From Actinomycetota bacterium (GTDB taxonomy: Bacteria; Actinomycetota; Thermoleophilia; Gaiellales; F1-60-MAGs149), in NCBI GenBank assembly GCA_026392355.1, contig JAPLCF010000036.1:129054-193053 (forward strand): a stretch of DNA of 64,000 nt. The letters are read 5' to 3'. The notes beneath the pieces are model-generated. The model was not told the DNA's origin. It did not search any database and saw nothing but the letters and a program-made list of their open reading frames with translations. The translations under genes and the position numbers were made by a program. Of the stretch, positions 53,694-62,724 are shown one piece after another (within the stretch, counting starts at the first letter, position 1; each line of letters starts with the position of its first letter).

Positions 53694-55693
53694 ACCAACG
53701 ACGTGTGCTCTTCCGTGCGCGCGCGGCACTCAGCCGACTGCCGGGACGGCACGGGTTTGGTCTGATTCCCTGGATCGTGCCGTTGCTCTTCGGGCTGGCG
53801 GGCGCACCCGTCGCGACGGAAGGACCCGACGAGGCGGGTTGGATTCTCGCCATCAGCATCGCGCACGTCGCAGCCTGGATCGCACAGGGCATCGTGCTGC
53901 TCATCATCCGCAGGCGCGCGCTTCGCCTGCCGCCGACGCCGCGCGGCGGACTCGTCGCGATCGCCCTGTTCGCCCTGATTGGCGCGATCGGCGGAGTCGT
54001 CCAGGCCGCAGTACTCAGTCGCACGGAGCTTGCCGACCCGCCGCAATTCATCGCGCCCACCACAGTGGTGCTCTTCTCGATCCTGACCTGGGTCTGCACA
54101 GCCAGCATCGTCGCGTTTGCGTTCTCCTGGCGGGATCAGCTGGCTGACTCACTACGCGCGTCAGAGCTGCACGCAGCCAGAACGCGCGACGCTCTCGCCC
54201 GCTCCACGGCACTGGAGGCACAGCGCCGAGCCGTGGTTGCGCGCCTCCTACGCCAACACACGATCCCCGCACTGGCGGAGATTGATGCCGCCGTGCGTAA
54301 CACCTCAGGCACCGCGGCCGCACAGCAGGCTGCAGACGCGATTGAGCGCTTGGCGCGCGATGACATCCGCAGCGCCTCCCACCTACTGCATCCCGTCACC
54401 GCAGCACACTCCCTGCCATCGGCGCTGGCACTGGCCTCTCGCCTGTGTGGCCTTCCCGGCACCGGCAGTGGGATCGAGGCTGAGGTGCCGATCTCGCCGG
54501 ACGTCGGCGACCGCGTGACGCTGACGGTGTTGGACCTGCTGCTCGACGATGAACCGGCTCGCCCGTGCCCTCCGCTGCAGGCCGCCCTCAGTGCCGATCA
54601 CCGAACCGTCAGCATCACACTCGACCCCGAGCGGACTGTCTGCATCCCGCTTGAGGCCGATGCAAATACCGCAGTTGCCTTCACACCGACCCCGCGTTGG
54701 CACCAGATCGCGCCGGCCCCCTTCGGCATGCCCTGGGTCGCAATCGCGCTGCTGAATGCCTTCAGCGTGCTCGCGGCGACCCTCGCCGCGGGCTCGGGGC
54801 TCTGGCTCGCAGCATTCGCGGACATGGCGGTGATCACCGTCGGCACGGCAGCGCTCGACCGTCTGCTCCGCACGCACGCCATTCAGCGGCTCTCGGCCCG
54901 CCGACAATGGCTGCTGATCGCCGTCATCGTGGCCGCCATCGGCGCGGCCGCCGGCGCAGTATGGGGCACGATGATCGATGGCGAGACCGCGTCGCTGACG
55001 GTGTTGGGGCTCGTCTGCGCACTCAGCATGGGACTGTTCCTGCCGGGCATCCGCGTCTGGGCATCCGCCGTCCGTCGCCTGCGAGCCGACGTCGTGCTCG
55101 CCGATCTGGCGGTCGGTGCCTCAGCGGCCCGCCAACGTGTCCGCGACCTCGAGTCATCGACCGCCGCGGCTGAGGCGCTACACGCGACCGTGCAGAGCCA
55201 GCTACTGGGTGTCGCCGGTGCCATTGGCTCGGATGCGCCTGACGACCTGCGAGCAATGGCCCTCGGTAAGCTCGATGACGTCGTGCGCAGCGCACTGCCC
55301 GCTATCGCGACGCAGCTCGAGACGATCCTTCCCGAGGAGGAGATCGCATTGCTGGACGCACCCGCGTTGTCGTCGCTGTGGCCGGAGGTCGCCATCACGA
55401 TGCAGGTACCGAACAATCTGCCGCAGTCGGCACTCAAGCTGATCAACTCGGTGGTGGTCGAGGCCGTGGGCAACGCCGTGCAGCACGGGCATGCGGATGC
55501 GATCGATGTGCAGGCCACGCTGTGGCCCGGCGCATTGGAGATCACCGTCGAGGATGACGGCATCGGCGTCGATACGAGCGCGACCGACGGGCTCGGGCTG
55601 TCAGCAATTCGTTCGATCGCTAGCGAATTCTCCCTGCGCCCCGGGCCCGCTGGAGGTTCGCGTCTGGACCTGCGCCTGCCCTACTTCGCCTGA
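53690..55693 (+). CDS. Membrane sensor histidine kinase (HisKA_3-type), apparently internally duplicated
   Basis: GTGA-coupled to the regulator. There are two multi-TM blocks. The H-box-like EALHATVQSQLLG and a HATPase_c domain (VEAVGNAVQHG...VEDDGIGV...GLGL) occur only in the C-terminal half. Confidence 0.75.
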   Translation: MNQRRVLFRARAALSRLPGRHGFGLIPWIVPLLFGLAGAPVATEGPDEAGWILAISIAHVAAWIAQGIVLLIIRRRALRLPPTPRGGLVAIALFALIGAIGGVVQAAVLSRTELADPPQFIAPTTVVLFSILTWVCTASIVAFAFSWRDQLADSLRASELHAARTRDALARSTALEAQRRAVVARLLRQHTIPALAEIDAAVRNTSGTAAAQQAADAIERLARDDIRSASHLLHPVTAAHSLPSALALASRLCGLPGTGSGIEAEVPISPDVGDRVTLTVLDLLLDDEPARPCPPLQAALSADHRTVSITLDPERTVCIPLEADANTAVAFTPTPRWHQIAPAPFGMPWVAIALLNAFSVLAATLAAGSGLWLAAFADMAVITVGTAALDRLLRTHAIQRLSARRQWLLIAVIVAAIGAAAGAVWGTMIDGETASLTVLGLVCALSMGLFLPGIRVWASAVRRLRADVVLADLAVGASAARQRVRDLESSTAAAEALHATVQSQLLGVAGAIGSDAPDDLRAMALGKLDDVVRSALPAIATQLETILPEEEIALLDAPALSSLWPEVAITMQVPNNLPQSALKLINSVVVEAVGNAVQHGHADAIDVQATLWPGALEITVEDDGIGVDTSATDGLGLSAIRSIASEFSLRPGPAGGSRLDLRLPYFA

Positions 55694-55707
55694 CGCCTCC
55701 GCCGGAG

Positions 55708-56949
55708 CTACGAGCGCGAGGCGACGGGCAGTTCGCCCTGACGCGGCAGCTCGAGGCGCTCCCAGACGTCGGCCAGTCCGGCGATGAGCGCCTGGACGTC
55801 GGCATCGGTGTGGAGCGGGCTCGTCGTGATGCGGAACCGCTCGGTGCCGCGCTCAACCGTCGGGTAGTCGATCGGCTGCACGTACACGCCGTGATGGTCG
55901 AGCAGGAGCTTGGCGGCCTCGCGACAACGCAGCGGATCGCCAAGGATCACCGGGATCAGATGGCTGTCGGTGTCGAGCGTCGGAATGCCCGCCGCGTCGA
56001 TCAGGCCGTGCACCTCCGCTACGCGAGAGTGCAGTGCAATGCGCTCCACGTCGCTGGTGCGGAGGTGGCGGATGCTGGCATGTGCCGCTGCCACGACGAC
56101 CGGGGCGAGCGAGGTGGTGAAGATGAAGCCGGTGCCGTACGAACGGATCAGGTCGATCAGCCGCGCCGAACCCGTGATGTACCCGCCCATCGCACCGACG
56201 GCCTTGCCGAGCGTGCCCTGGACGATGTCGATCTCGCCCTCGAGGCCCTCACGCGCCACGACACCAGCACCCTCGGGCCCGTACATGCCGACGGCGTGTA
56301 CCTCGTCGACGAACGTGAGCGCGTTGTAGCGCTTGGCGACGTCGGCGAGCTCGGCGATCGGGGCGATGTCGCCGTCCATCGAGTAGACCGACTCGAACGC
56401 GACGACACGGGCGCGCGAAGGGTCCTCGTCGCGCAGCAGCTGCTCGAGGTGCGCGGCGTCGTTGTGCCGGAAGACGCGCACCGTCGCGCCGCTGCGACGC
56501 ATGCCCTCAATCATCGAGTTGTGGTTGTTGGCGTCGGAGTAGATGACGCACTCGGGCAGGATGCTGCCGAGGACGGCAAAAGACGTAAAGTTCGCGACCC
56601 AGCCGGACGAGAAGAGGAGCCCGGCCTCCTTGCGATGCCAGTCCGCGAGCTCGCGCTCGAGCGCCACGTGCATCACCGTGGTACCAGAGATGTTGCGCGT
56701 GCCGCCGCTGCCGGCGCCATAGGCCGATGCCTCAGTCACCGCCTCGATCACCGCGGCGTTGGCCGCCATGCCGAGATAGTCGTTCGAGCACCAGACCGCG
56801 ACCGTACGGGTCGTCCCGTCGGGTGCGTGCAGCATCGCGCTGGCCGTACCGGGGATGCGCTCGATCTCGGCAAACGATCGATAGCGGCCCTCGGTCTTCA
56901 GACGCTCAATGGCGTCATCGACGATGCCGGAATAGTCCACGGACGGCAC
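55708..56949 (-). CDS. hemA: 5-aminolevulinate synthase (alpha-oxoamine synthase family)
   Basis: ALAS-specific blocks [59 protein letters not shown] and [20 protein letters not shown]. Confidence 0.85.
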   Translation of the reverse strand: MPSVDYSGIVDDAIERLKTEGRYRSFAEIERIPGTASAMLHAPDGTTRTVAVWCSNDYLGMAANAAVIEAVTEASAYGAGSGGTRNISGTTVMHVALERELADWHRKEAGLLFSSGWVANFTSFAVLGSILPECVIYSDANNHNSMIEGMRRSGATVRVFRHNDAAHLEQLLRDEDPSRARVVAFESVYSMDGDIAPIAELADVAKRYNALTFVDEVHAVGMYGPEGAGVVAREGLEGEIDIVQGTLGKAVGAMGGYITGSARLIDLIRSYGTGFIFTTSLAPVVVAAAHASIRHLRTSDVERIALHSRVAEVHGLIDAAGIPTLDTDSHLIPVILGDPLRCREAAKLLLDHHGVYVQPIDYPTVERGTERFRITTSPLHTDADVQALIAGLADVWERLELPRQGELPVASRS

Positions 56950-56987
56950 TCTAACCCGACTCGCTCAGACAGTCCTGAGGTCGCCGG

Positions 56988-57842
56988 CTAGCCCGCGGCC
57001 CACGTGGACAGCGCCGTCCACCCGGCGGCCGTCGTGGTGGCGAGGTCGTAGAGGCTAAAGCCGTTGGCGCCGGCGTCGCGCGCGCCCCGCGCGGCGGCGT
57101 CAAGATTTGCTGCCGACAGCCCACCCGCAAGGCCGCTGATCACGTGCACTGGCAGCGCCTGATCGCCGGTCAGATCGCGTGGCTTCTGCGTGCAGCCAGC
57201 CGTCATCGTGTACATCGCCTGGGGGCTCAATTTGCGCGGTGCGTAACACATCGGCAGCACTGCGTCTGCGTTCTTCTGGATCTCCGCCCAGGGGAAGATC
57301 GGCCAGTAGTTACTGGTCGGATTCGGCGTGATTGCGCCGATCGGGGTTTGCGGATAGGTCGCGCGCAGCCATGCCACCAGGGCGCCAGCGCGCTGCGAGC
57401 GCAGCTTCGGATTCTTGACGTAGGTGGCCTCGATGTCGACCGCGACGCCGTCGACCGCCTCGGTTCCGCCGATCGCGAGCGCGGCAGCAAGCCGGCGCTG
57501 ATCCACCTTCGGCTTCTGGAAGCCCGGGAGGTACCACGGGACGACGCGAATGCCTGCGGCGTGCGCGAGCGTGACGAGCTGCTTCAGAGGGGCGGGGTTC
57601 ACAACGTCGACCTTGCTCTTCGCGTTAGCCGTCTCGACGTAGATGACGGAAACGCCCTGCTGCTGCGCGGTCGTGACAACGCTGGTCGGGTTCTTCTCGA
57701 GCGCATCCCAGATATCGATCCACACGCCGGTCCCCGAGAACACCGCGGCGCGGGCGGGCTCAGCTCCGGCCGTCGGAGCGACCAGACCAAGCGCGAGCGC
57801 GATCAGGGCGAGCAATGGGACGACGCGGCGCATGGCTCGCAT
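56988..57842 (-). CDS. Secreted hypothetical protein (TIM-barrel glycoside-hydrolase-like, DUF4015-like)
   Basis: Signal peptide MRAMRRVVPLLALIALALGLVAPTAGAEP. The function call is weak. Confidence 0.4.
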   Translation of the reverse strand: MRAMRRVVPLLALIALALGLVAPTAGAEPARAAVFSGTGVWIDIWDALEKNPTSVVTTAQQQGVSVIYVETANAKSKVDVVNPAPLKQLVTLAHAAGIRVVPWYLPGFQKPKVDQRRLAAALAIGGTEAVDGVAVDIEATYVKNPKLRSQRAGALVAWLRATYPQTPIGAITPNPTSNYWPIFPWAEIQKNADAVLPMCYAPRKLSPQAMYTMTAGCTQKPRDLTGDQALPVHVISGLAGGLSAANLDAAARGARDAGANGFSLYDLATTTAAGWTALSTWAAG

Positions 57843-57876
57843 CCTACGTGTGGTTCGGGATGGTGATCAGCCGTGT

Positions 57877-57980
57877 GAATGCTCCAAAGGGGTCAGACCC
57901 TTCTGGAACATGACGGCAATCCTCATAGTCGTGGAGACGTTCTCCATGTTCCAGAAGGGTCTGACCCCTTTGGAGCATTC
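57877..57980. repeat. MITE/REP-like palindromic element, copy B (perfect 36-bp arms, 32-nt spacer)
   Basis: GAATGCTCCAAAGGGGTCAGACCCTTCTGGAACATG ... CATGTTCCAGAAGGGTCTGACCCCTTTGGAGCATTC. The right arm abuts or overlaps the GntR stop codon (57979..57981). Confidence 0.75.
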
Positions 57981-58737
57981 ACGCACCGAGGTGATCGGCC
58001 AGCGAGCGTGCAGCCGCGGCCGCCTCGGCTTTCGGATCGACCGGCTGCTGCTGCGACTCCGCGTAGGCGAGCAGTGCCTGGCGGGCGCGGTTGCTGTGGT
58101 GCAGGAGCAGACGCGCGAGCTCGTCACCATCATCGGCGCGGATCGCAGCGATCATCTGATGGTGCTCGGACTGCGCGTGATCCTGCTCATTGAGCACGCT
58201 GACCGCGACCCGCGAGTACGAATCCATCAGCGTGAGCACGCGCCCGGCGGCATCGGCGAAGTACGGCATGCCGGACAGCCGGTGCAGCTCTTGGTGAAAG
58301 GTGTAGTTGCGGTCGGACCACGTCTCGGGATCCAGGTCGTCCATCGCGTCAACGAGCCCGCTCAGCAGCTCGAGGTCGGAGGCCGTGGTGTTGCTGACGA
58401 TGCTGGGTGCCATGTGCGACTCAAGCAGCGCGCGCAGGGTCCAGACCTCATCCACCTCGTGTGGCTCGAGCTCCGTAACCTTCGCGCCGCCGTCGTCGGA
58501 GAACGTCACGAGACCTTCGGCCGCTAGCGCGTGCAGTGCCTCGCGCACGGGAATGCGACTGACGCCCATGGCCTCGGCGATCGAGGCCTGGATCAGCGGC
58601 TGGCCGGGGGCGAGTAGTCCCTGACGGATGCCCTCCCGTAGGACCTCGGCAATCGCCGGCTTGCTGCCGGTGCGCGTCGTCTCAGCCTTGGCGTTCATAG
58701 CCAGCGATCGTACAGGGCTGCGGTCGGAAATGGGCAT
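57979..58737 (-). CDS. GntR family transcriptional regulator (FadR/FCD-type)
   Basis: HTH IQASIAEAMGVSRIPVREALHALAAEGLV plus a helical C-terminal domain. The start is either Met102 (58737) or Met115 (58698) of the track ORF. Confidence 0.75.
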   Translation of the reverse strand: MPISDRSPVRSLAMNAKAETTRTGSKPAIAEVLREGIRQGLLAPGQPLIQASIAEAMGVSRIPVREALHALAAEGLVTFSDDGGAKVTELEPHEVDEVWTLRALLESHMAPSIVSNTTASDLELLSGLVDAMDDLDPETWSDRNYTFHQELHRLSGMPYFADAAGRVLTLMDSYSRVAVSVLNEQDHAQSEHHQMIAAIRADDGDELARLLLHHSNRARQALLAYAESQQQPVDPKAEAAAAARSLADHLGA

Positions 58738-58746
58738 TTGCAATTG

Positions 58747-58758
58747 AGTGTATACACT
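58747..58758. promoter_or_regulatory. Perfect 12-bp palindrome AGTGTATACACT (GntR-type GT..TA..AC operator candidate)
   Basis: Centred in the divergent gap between the GntR gene and the hydantoinase gene. AT-rich within GC-rich DNA. Confidence 0.5.
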
Positions 58759-58816
58759 GTATGCTCTCGCAGCAAGAGCTGCCCTTCTGGCAGCGGGACG
58801 CAGGAGAGCAGCAACC

Positions 58817-61800
58817 GTGAAGCGCATCGGAGTAGACGTCGGCGGCACCTTCACCGACTTGATCCTCGTGGACGAGGAAGCCGGCAAGATCACCGTCGAC
58901 AAGGTCCCGTCCACTCCCGACGATCCGGCTCGCGGCGTGGTCGAGGGCATCAACCGCCTCTGCGAGAAGGCCGGCGTGCAGCTGTCGGAGATCGACAACC
59001 TCCTGCACGGCACGACCGTCGCCACCAATATCGCGCTCACGCATCAGGGTGCATCCGTCGGCCTGATCACCACCGAGGGCTTCCGCGACATCCTCCACAT
59101 CGCGCGCCACAAGAAGCCGCTCAACTTCTCGATCCAGCAAGACCTGCCGTGGCAGGCCCGCCCGCTTGTCAAGCGCCGCCACCGCCGCGTCGTCGCCGAG
59201 CGCGTGACCGCGCCGCACGGCGAAATCGTCACGCCGCTCGATGAGGACGCCGTCCGCCGCGAGGTGCGCCTGCTCAAGGAGTCGGGCGTCGAGGCCGTCG
59301 CCGTCTGCTTCTTGCACTCGTACCTCAACGGCGCGCACGAGCACCGCGTGTCGGAGATCATCTCGGAGGAGTTTCCCGAGGCCTACCAGTCGATCTCGAG
59401 CGATGTGATCCCGCTCTACCGCGAGTATGAGCGCTTCTCGACCGTCGCGCTCAACGCTTTCGTCGGCCCCAAGGTCTCCACGTACCTCGACCGCTTTGCG
59501 ACCGCGATGAAGGACGCTGGCTTCAAGCACGGCGTCCAGCTGATGCAGTCGTCCGGTGGCATGGCGACCGTCGAGTCGGCCTCACGCCGCCCCGTCAACC
59601 TGCTCATGAGCGGCCCCGTGGCGGGCCTGATCGGTGGCATCTGGGCGGGCAAGATGGCCGGCTACGACAGCGTCATTACCCTCGACATCGGTGGCACCTC
59701 CGCCGACGTCGGCGTGGCGGCTGGCGGCCAGATGCGCATGCGCCACCTGCTCGACACGAAGGTCGGCGACTACCAGGCGATGGTGCCGATGGTCGACATC
59801 GACACGATCGGTGCCGGTGGCGGCTCGATCGCGTACGTCGACGAGGGCGGCGTCTTCCGCGTCGGTCCGCAGTCGGCCGGTGCCGATCCTGGCCCCGCCT
59901 GTTACGACCGCGGTGGTACGGACCCCACGTCGACTGACGCCCAGGTCTTCCTCGGCCGCCTGCGCCCCGAGCGCGGCCTCGTCGGTGGTGGCCTCGCGCT
60001 CAAGCCCGAGCTCGCCAAGACGGTGATCGAGCAGCTGGCCGGCGAGGTCGACATGACGCCGGAGCAGGCCGCCCTCGGCGCCCTGCAGATCCAGAAGTTC
60101 GGCATGACGCAAAACATCGAGATCAACTCGGTGCGCCGCGGCTACGACCCGCGCGACTTCACGCTCGTCGCCGCCGGTGGTGCCGGCCCGCTGTTCTCCT
60201 GCGACGTCGCCCTCGAGCTCGAGATCCCACGCGTCCTCGTGCCGCCGCATCCGGGCATCGTTGCCGCGACGGGCCTGCTTGCCACGGACCTCCAGCACGA
60301 GTTCGTCGGCACGGAGCGCCAGGCCGTCGCCACGCTCGACGCCCCGCGCCTGCAGGCCAAGTTCGACGAGCTCGTCGCCCAGGCCGTCGGCCAGCTCGAC
60401 GCCGACGCGGTGCCCGAGGATCGTCGCCTGATCCGCCGCCTCGCCGACTGCCGCTACGCCGGCCAGGGCTACGAGGTGCGCTTCGACGTTCCCGCCGGCG
60501 ACCCCGGCCGCGCCGGCTGGACCGACGAGCTGGTCGAGGCGTTCCACATCGCCCACGAGGGTGAGTACGGCCACCGCTTCGACGCCCCGGTCGAGATCAT
60601 CAACATCCGCGTCGTTGGCATCGGCCGCATCGACGAGCTGAAGTGGCCCGAAGCCGAAGCCGGTAACGGCGACCTCTCTGCCGCACTGATCGAGACGCGC
60701 CCCGTCGTGTTCGACGTCGACGGTGACGCGCAGTCCTGCCCGACGCCGTTCTACGAGCGTGAGCACCTCAAGGCGGGCGACCGCATCGAGGGTCCGGCAA
60801 TCATCGAGCAGTACGACACGACGACGATCGTGCCCCCGGGCTTCGTCGTCGAAGTCGACACGTACGGCAACCTCGTGATCGACGTGTCCGCGCGCATCGA
60901 GGCCCGGCGCTCGAAGGGCGGCGATGCCGGCCTCGCGCAGCCGATCCTCATGCGCGTGATCGGCGGCGCGTTCAACGCCATCGCCAAGGAGATGGCGGGC
61001 GTGCTCTACCGCATGTCCTACTCGTCGATCATCCGCGAATCCGAGGACCTCGGCGCAGGCCTGTTCGACCCGCAGGGCAACAACATCGCAGAGTCCGACT
61101 CAACGCCGATGTTCATGGGCGCAATGCCGAAGATCGTCAAGGGCGTCATCTCCCTGCTGGGCGACGACATCCATCCGGGCGACATCATCCTGCACAACGA
61201 CCCGTACCTCGGCGCGACGCACTCGCCCGACGTCGCGATCGTGATGCCCGTCTTCCACGACGGCGAGCTGATCGGCTTCTCGGGTGCCTCCGCGCACCTG
61301 CTCGACATCGGCGGCGCCTTCCCGGGCCTCGCCATCGACCTGGTCGACAACTGGTCTGAGGGCAACATCTACCGCGCGGTCAAGCTGGCCGATAAGGGTG
61401 TCTGGCAGGAGTCGCTGTTCAAGCACATCCTCGAGAACACCCGCACTCCCACCCACAACCGCGGTGACATCGAGGCGATGATCGCTGCGTGCGAGCGCGC
61501 CAAGAATCGCTTCGCGGAACTCGCGGGCCGCTACGGCACTGAGGCTGTCTTGGGTGCCGCCAACCACTGGATGGACTACGCCGAGCGCATGCTCCGCCAG
61601 GAGATCGCGAAGGTGCCGGACGGCGAGTACGGCCCCGAGTACGGCTGGCTCGACGACGACGGCCGCAACCGCGGTGAGAAGCTGCCGATCAAGGTCGTCG
61701 TGCGGATCGAGGGCGACAAAATGGTCGTCGACCTGACGGGCTCGAGCCCCGAGGTACCGACCGGCTACAACTGCCCGTTCGAGGGCACGACCGTGTCCGG

Positions 61801-62689
61801 CATGACGTTCATTGCGCGCATGATGTTCCTCGACGAGGCGACGTTCCCGGTCTTCGTGCCGCAAAACGAAGGCATGCTCCGGCCGGTCGAGGTGATCGCA
61901 CCCGAGGGCACGATCTACAACCCGAAGTACCCGCGCGCCTGCTTCGCCCGCTTCTCGCAGGCCCAGCGCGCGGTCGACCTCGTGCTCCGCGCACTCGCGC
62001 CGGTGATCCCGAACCAAGTCACGGCCGGCAACTCGGCGCACATCCACTTCCTCTCCTACTCCGGCTACGTCGAGGAGGAAGGCGAGTACTGGGTGTACCT
62101 CGAGGTCGACGAGGGCTCGTATGGCGGTCGTCCCGATCGCGACGCGATGGACTCTGTCGACAACCTGATCGCCAACACGCGCAACAACCCGATCGAAGAG
62201 CTCGAGTGGCGCTTCCCGATGCGGACCGACCGCTACGAGCTGCGCGACGAGCCGGCTGCGGCGGGCAAGTGGCGCGGCGGCATCGGCATCGTTCGCGTCA
62301 ACACGTTCCTGACCGACACGATCGTCACCTGCGAGGGCGAGCGTCATGAGTCCGACCCGCCGTGGGGCATCTTCGGCGGCCACGAGGGCCTCAACGGCTC
62401 GATGGTGCGCAACCACGGCCGCCCCGACGAGGAGTCCTGGTACAGCAAGGTCACCGGCTCGCAACTGAAGGCCGGCGACAGCCTTCAGATCACCGTCCCC
62501 TCGGGCGGTGGCTACGGCGACCCGCTCGACCGCGACCCCGCGCTGGTTCGTGATGACGTCCTCGACGAGTTCACCACGCGTGACCTCGCCGAGCAGGACT
62601 ACGGCGTCGTGCTCGTCGGAGAGGGCCTCACCCTCGCCGTCGATCAGGACGCAACCGACCGCCTGCGCGCCGAAAAGCGCAAGGCCTAA
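58817..62689 (+). CDS. Fused hydantoinase A / hydantoinase B (N-methylhydantoinase / 5-oxoprolinase family, ATP-dependent)
   Basis: GTG start at Val24 of the track ORF, 10 nt after AGGAG. The N-terminus is RIGVDVGGTFTDL (HyuA). The C-terminal half is HyuB-like (DPILMRVIGGAF...). Total length is about 1290 aa. Confidence 0.85.
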   Translation: MKRIGVDVGGTFTDLILVDEEAGKITVDKVPSTPDDPARGVVEGINRLCEKAGVQLSEIDNLLHGTTVATNIALTHQGASVGLITTEGFRDILHIARHKKPLNFSIQQDLPWQARPLVKRRHRRVVAERVTAPHGEIVTPLDEDAVRREVRLLKESGVEAVAVCFLHSYLNGAHEHRVSEIISEEFPEAYQSISSDVIPLYREYERFSTVALNAFVGPKVSTYLDRFATAMKDAGFKHGVQLMQSSGGMATVESASRRPVNLLMSGPVAGLIGGIWAGKMAGYDSVITLDIGGTSADVGVAAGGQMRMRHLLDTKVGDYQAMVPMVDIDTIGAGGGSIAYVDEGGVFRVGPQSAGADPGPACYDRGGTDPTSTDAQVFLGRLRPERGLVGGGLALKPELAKTVIEQLAGEVDMTPEQAALGALQIQKFGMTQNIEINSVRRGYDPRDFTLVAAGGAGPLFSCDVALELEIPRVLVPPHPGIVAATGLLATDLQHEFVGTERQAVATLDAPRLQAKFDELVAQAVGQLDADAVPEDRRLIRRLADCRYAGQGYEVRFDVPAGDPGRAGWTDELVEAFHIAHEGEYGHRFDAPVEIINIRVVGIGRIDELKWPEAEAGNGDLSAALIETRPVVFDVDGDAQSCPTPFYEREHLKAGDRIEGPAIIEQYDTTTIVPPGFVVEVDTYGNLVIDVSARIEARRSKGGDAGLAQPILMRVIGGAFNAIAKEMAGVLYRMSYSSIIRESEDLGAGLFDPQGNNIAESDSTPMFMGAMPKIVKGVISLLGDDIHPGDIILHNDPYLGATHSPDVAIVMPVFHDGELIGFSGASAHLLDIGGAFPGLAIDLVDNWSEGNIYRAVKLADKGVWQESLFKHILENTRTPTHNRGDIEAMIAACERAKNRFAELAGRYGTEAVLGAANHWMDYAERMLRQEIAKVPDGEYGPEYGWLDDDGRNRGEKLPIKVVVRIEGDKMVVDLTGSSPEVPTGYNCPFEGTTVSGMTFIARMMFLDEATFPVFVPQNEGMLRPVEVIAPEGTIYNPKYPRACFARFSQAQRAVDLVLRALAPVIPNQVTAGNSAHIHFLSYSGYVEEEGEYWVYLEVDEGSYGGRPDRDAMDSVDNLIANTRNNPIEELEWRFPMRTDRYELRDEPAAAGKWRGGIGIVRVNTFLTDTIVTCEGERHESDPPWGIFGGHEGLNGSMVRNHGRPDEESWYSKVTGSQLKAGDSLQITVPSGGGYGDPLDRDPALVRDDVLDEFTTRDLAEQDYGVVLVGEGLTLAVDQDATDRLRAEKRKA

Positions 62690-62724
62690 CCCCACCCACA
62701 CGAACGACCCCAGGAGGAATACCC

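Noticed and set aside
57867-58193. Small ORFs 57867..58133 (-) and 57879..58193 (+) beginning inside the palindromic element
   Set aside because: Both arise from the inverted-repeat arms (mirror peptides MFQKGLTPLEH and MLQRGQTLLEH). They overlap the well-supported GntR gene. I consider them repeat artefacts.
58748-58816. ATG at 58748 as the hydantoinase start (the track ORF start)
   Set aside because: That ATG lies inside the operator palindrome and adds a 23-aa Ala/Arg-rich extension. GTG 58817 follows an AGGAG RBS and gives the canonical RIGVDVGGTFTD N-terminus.
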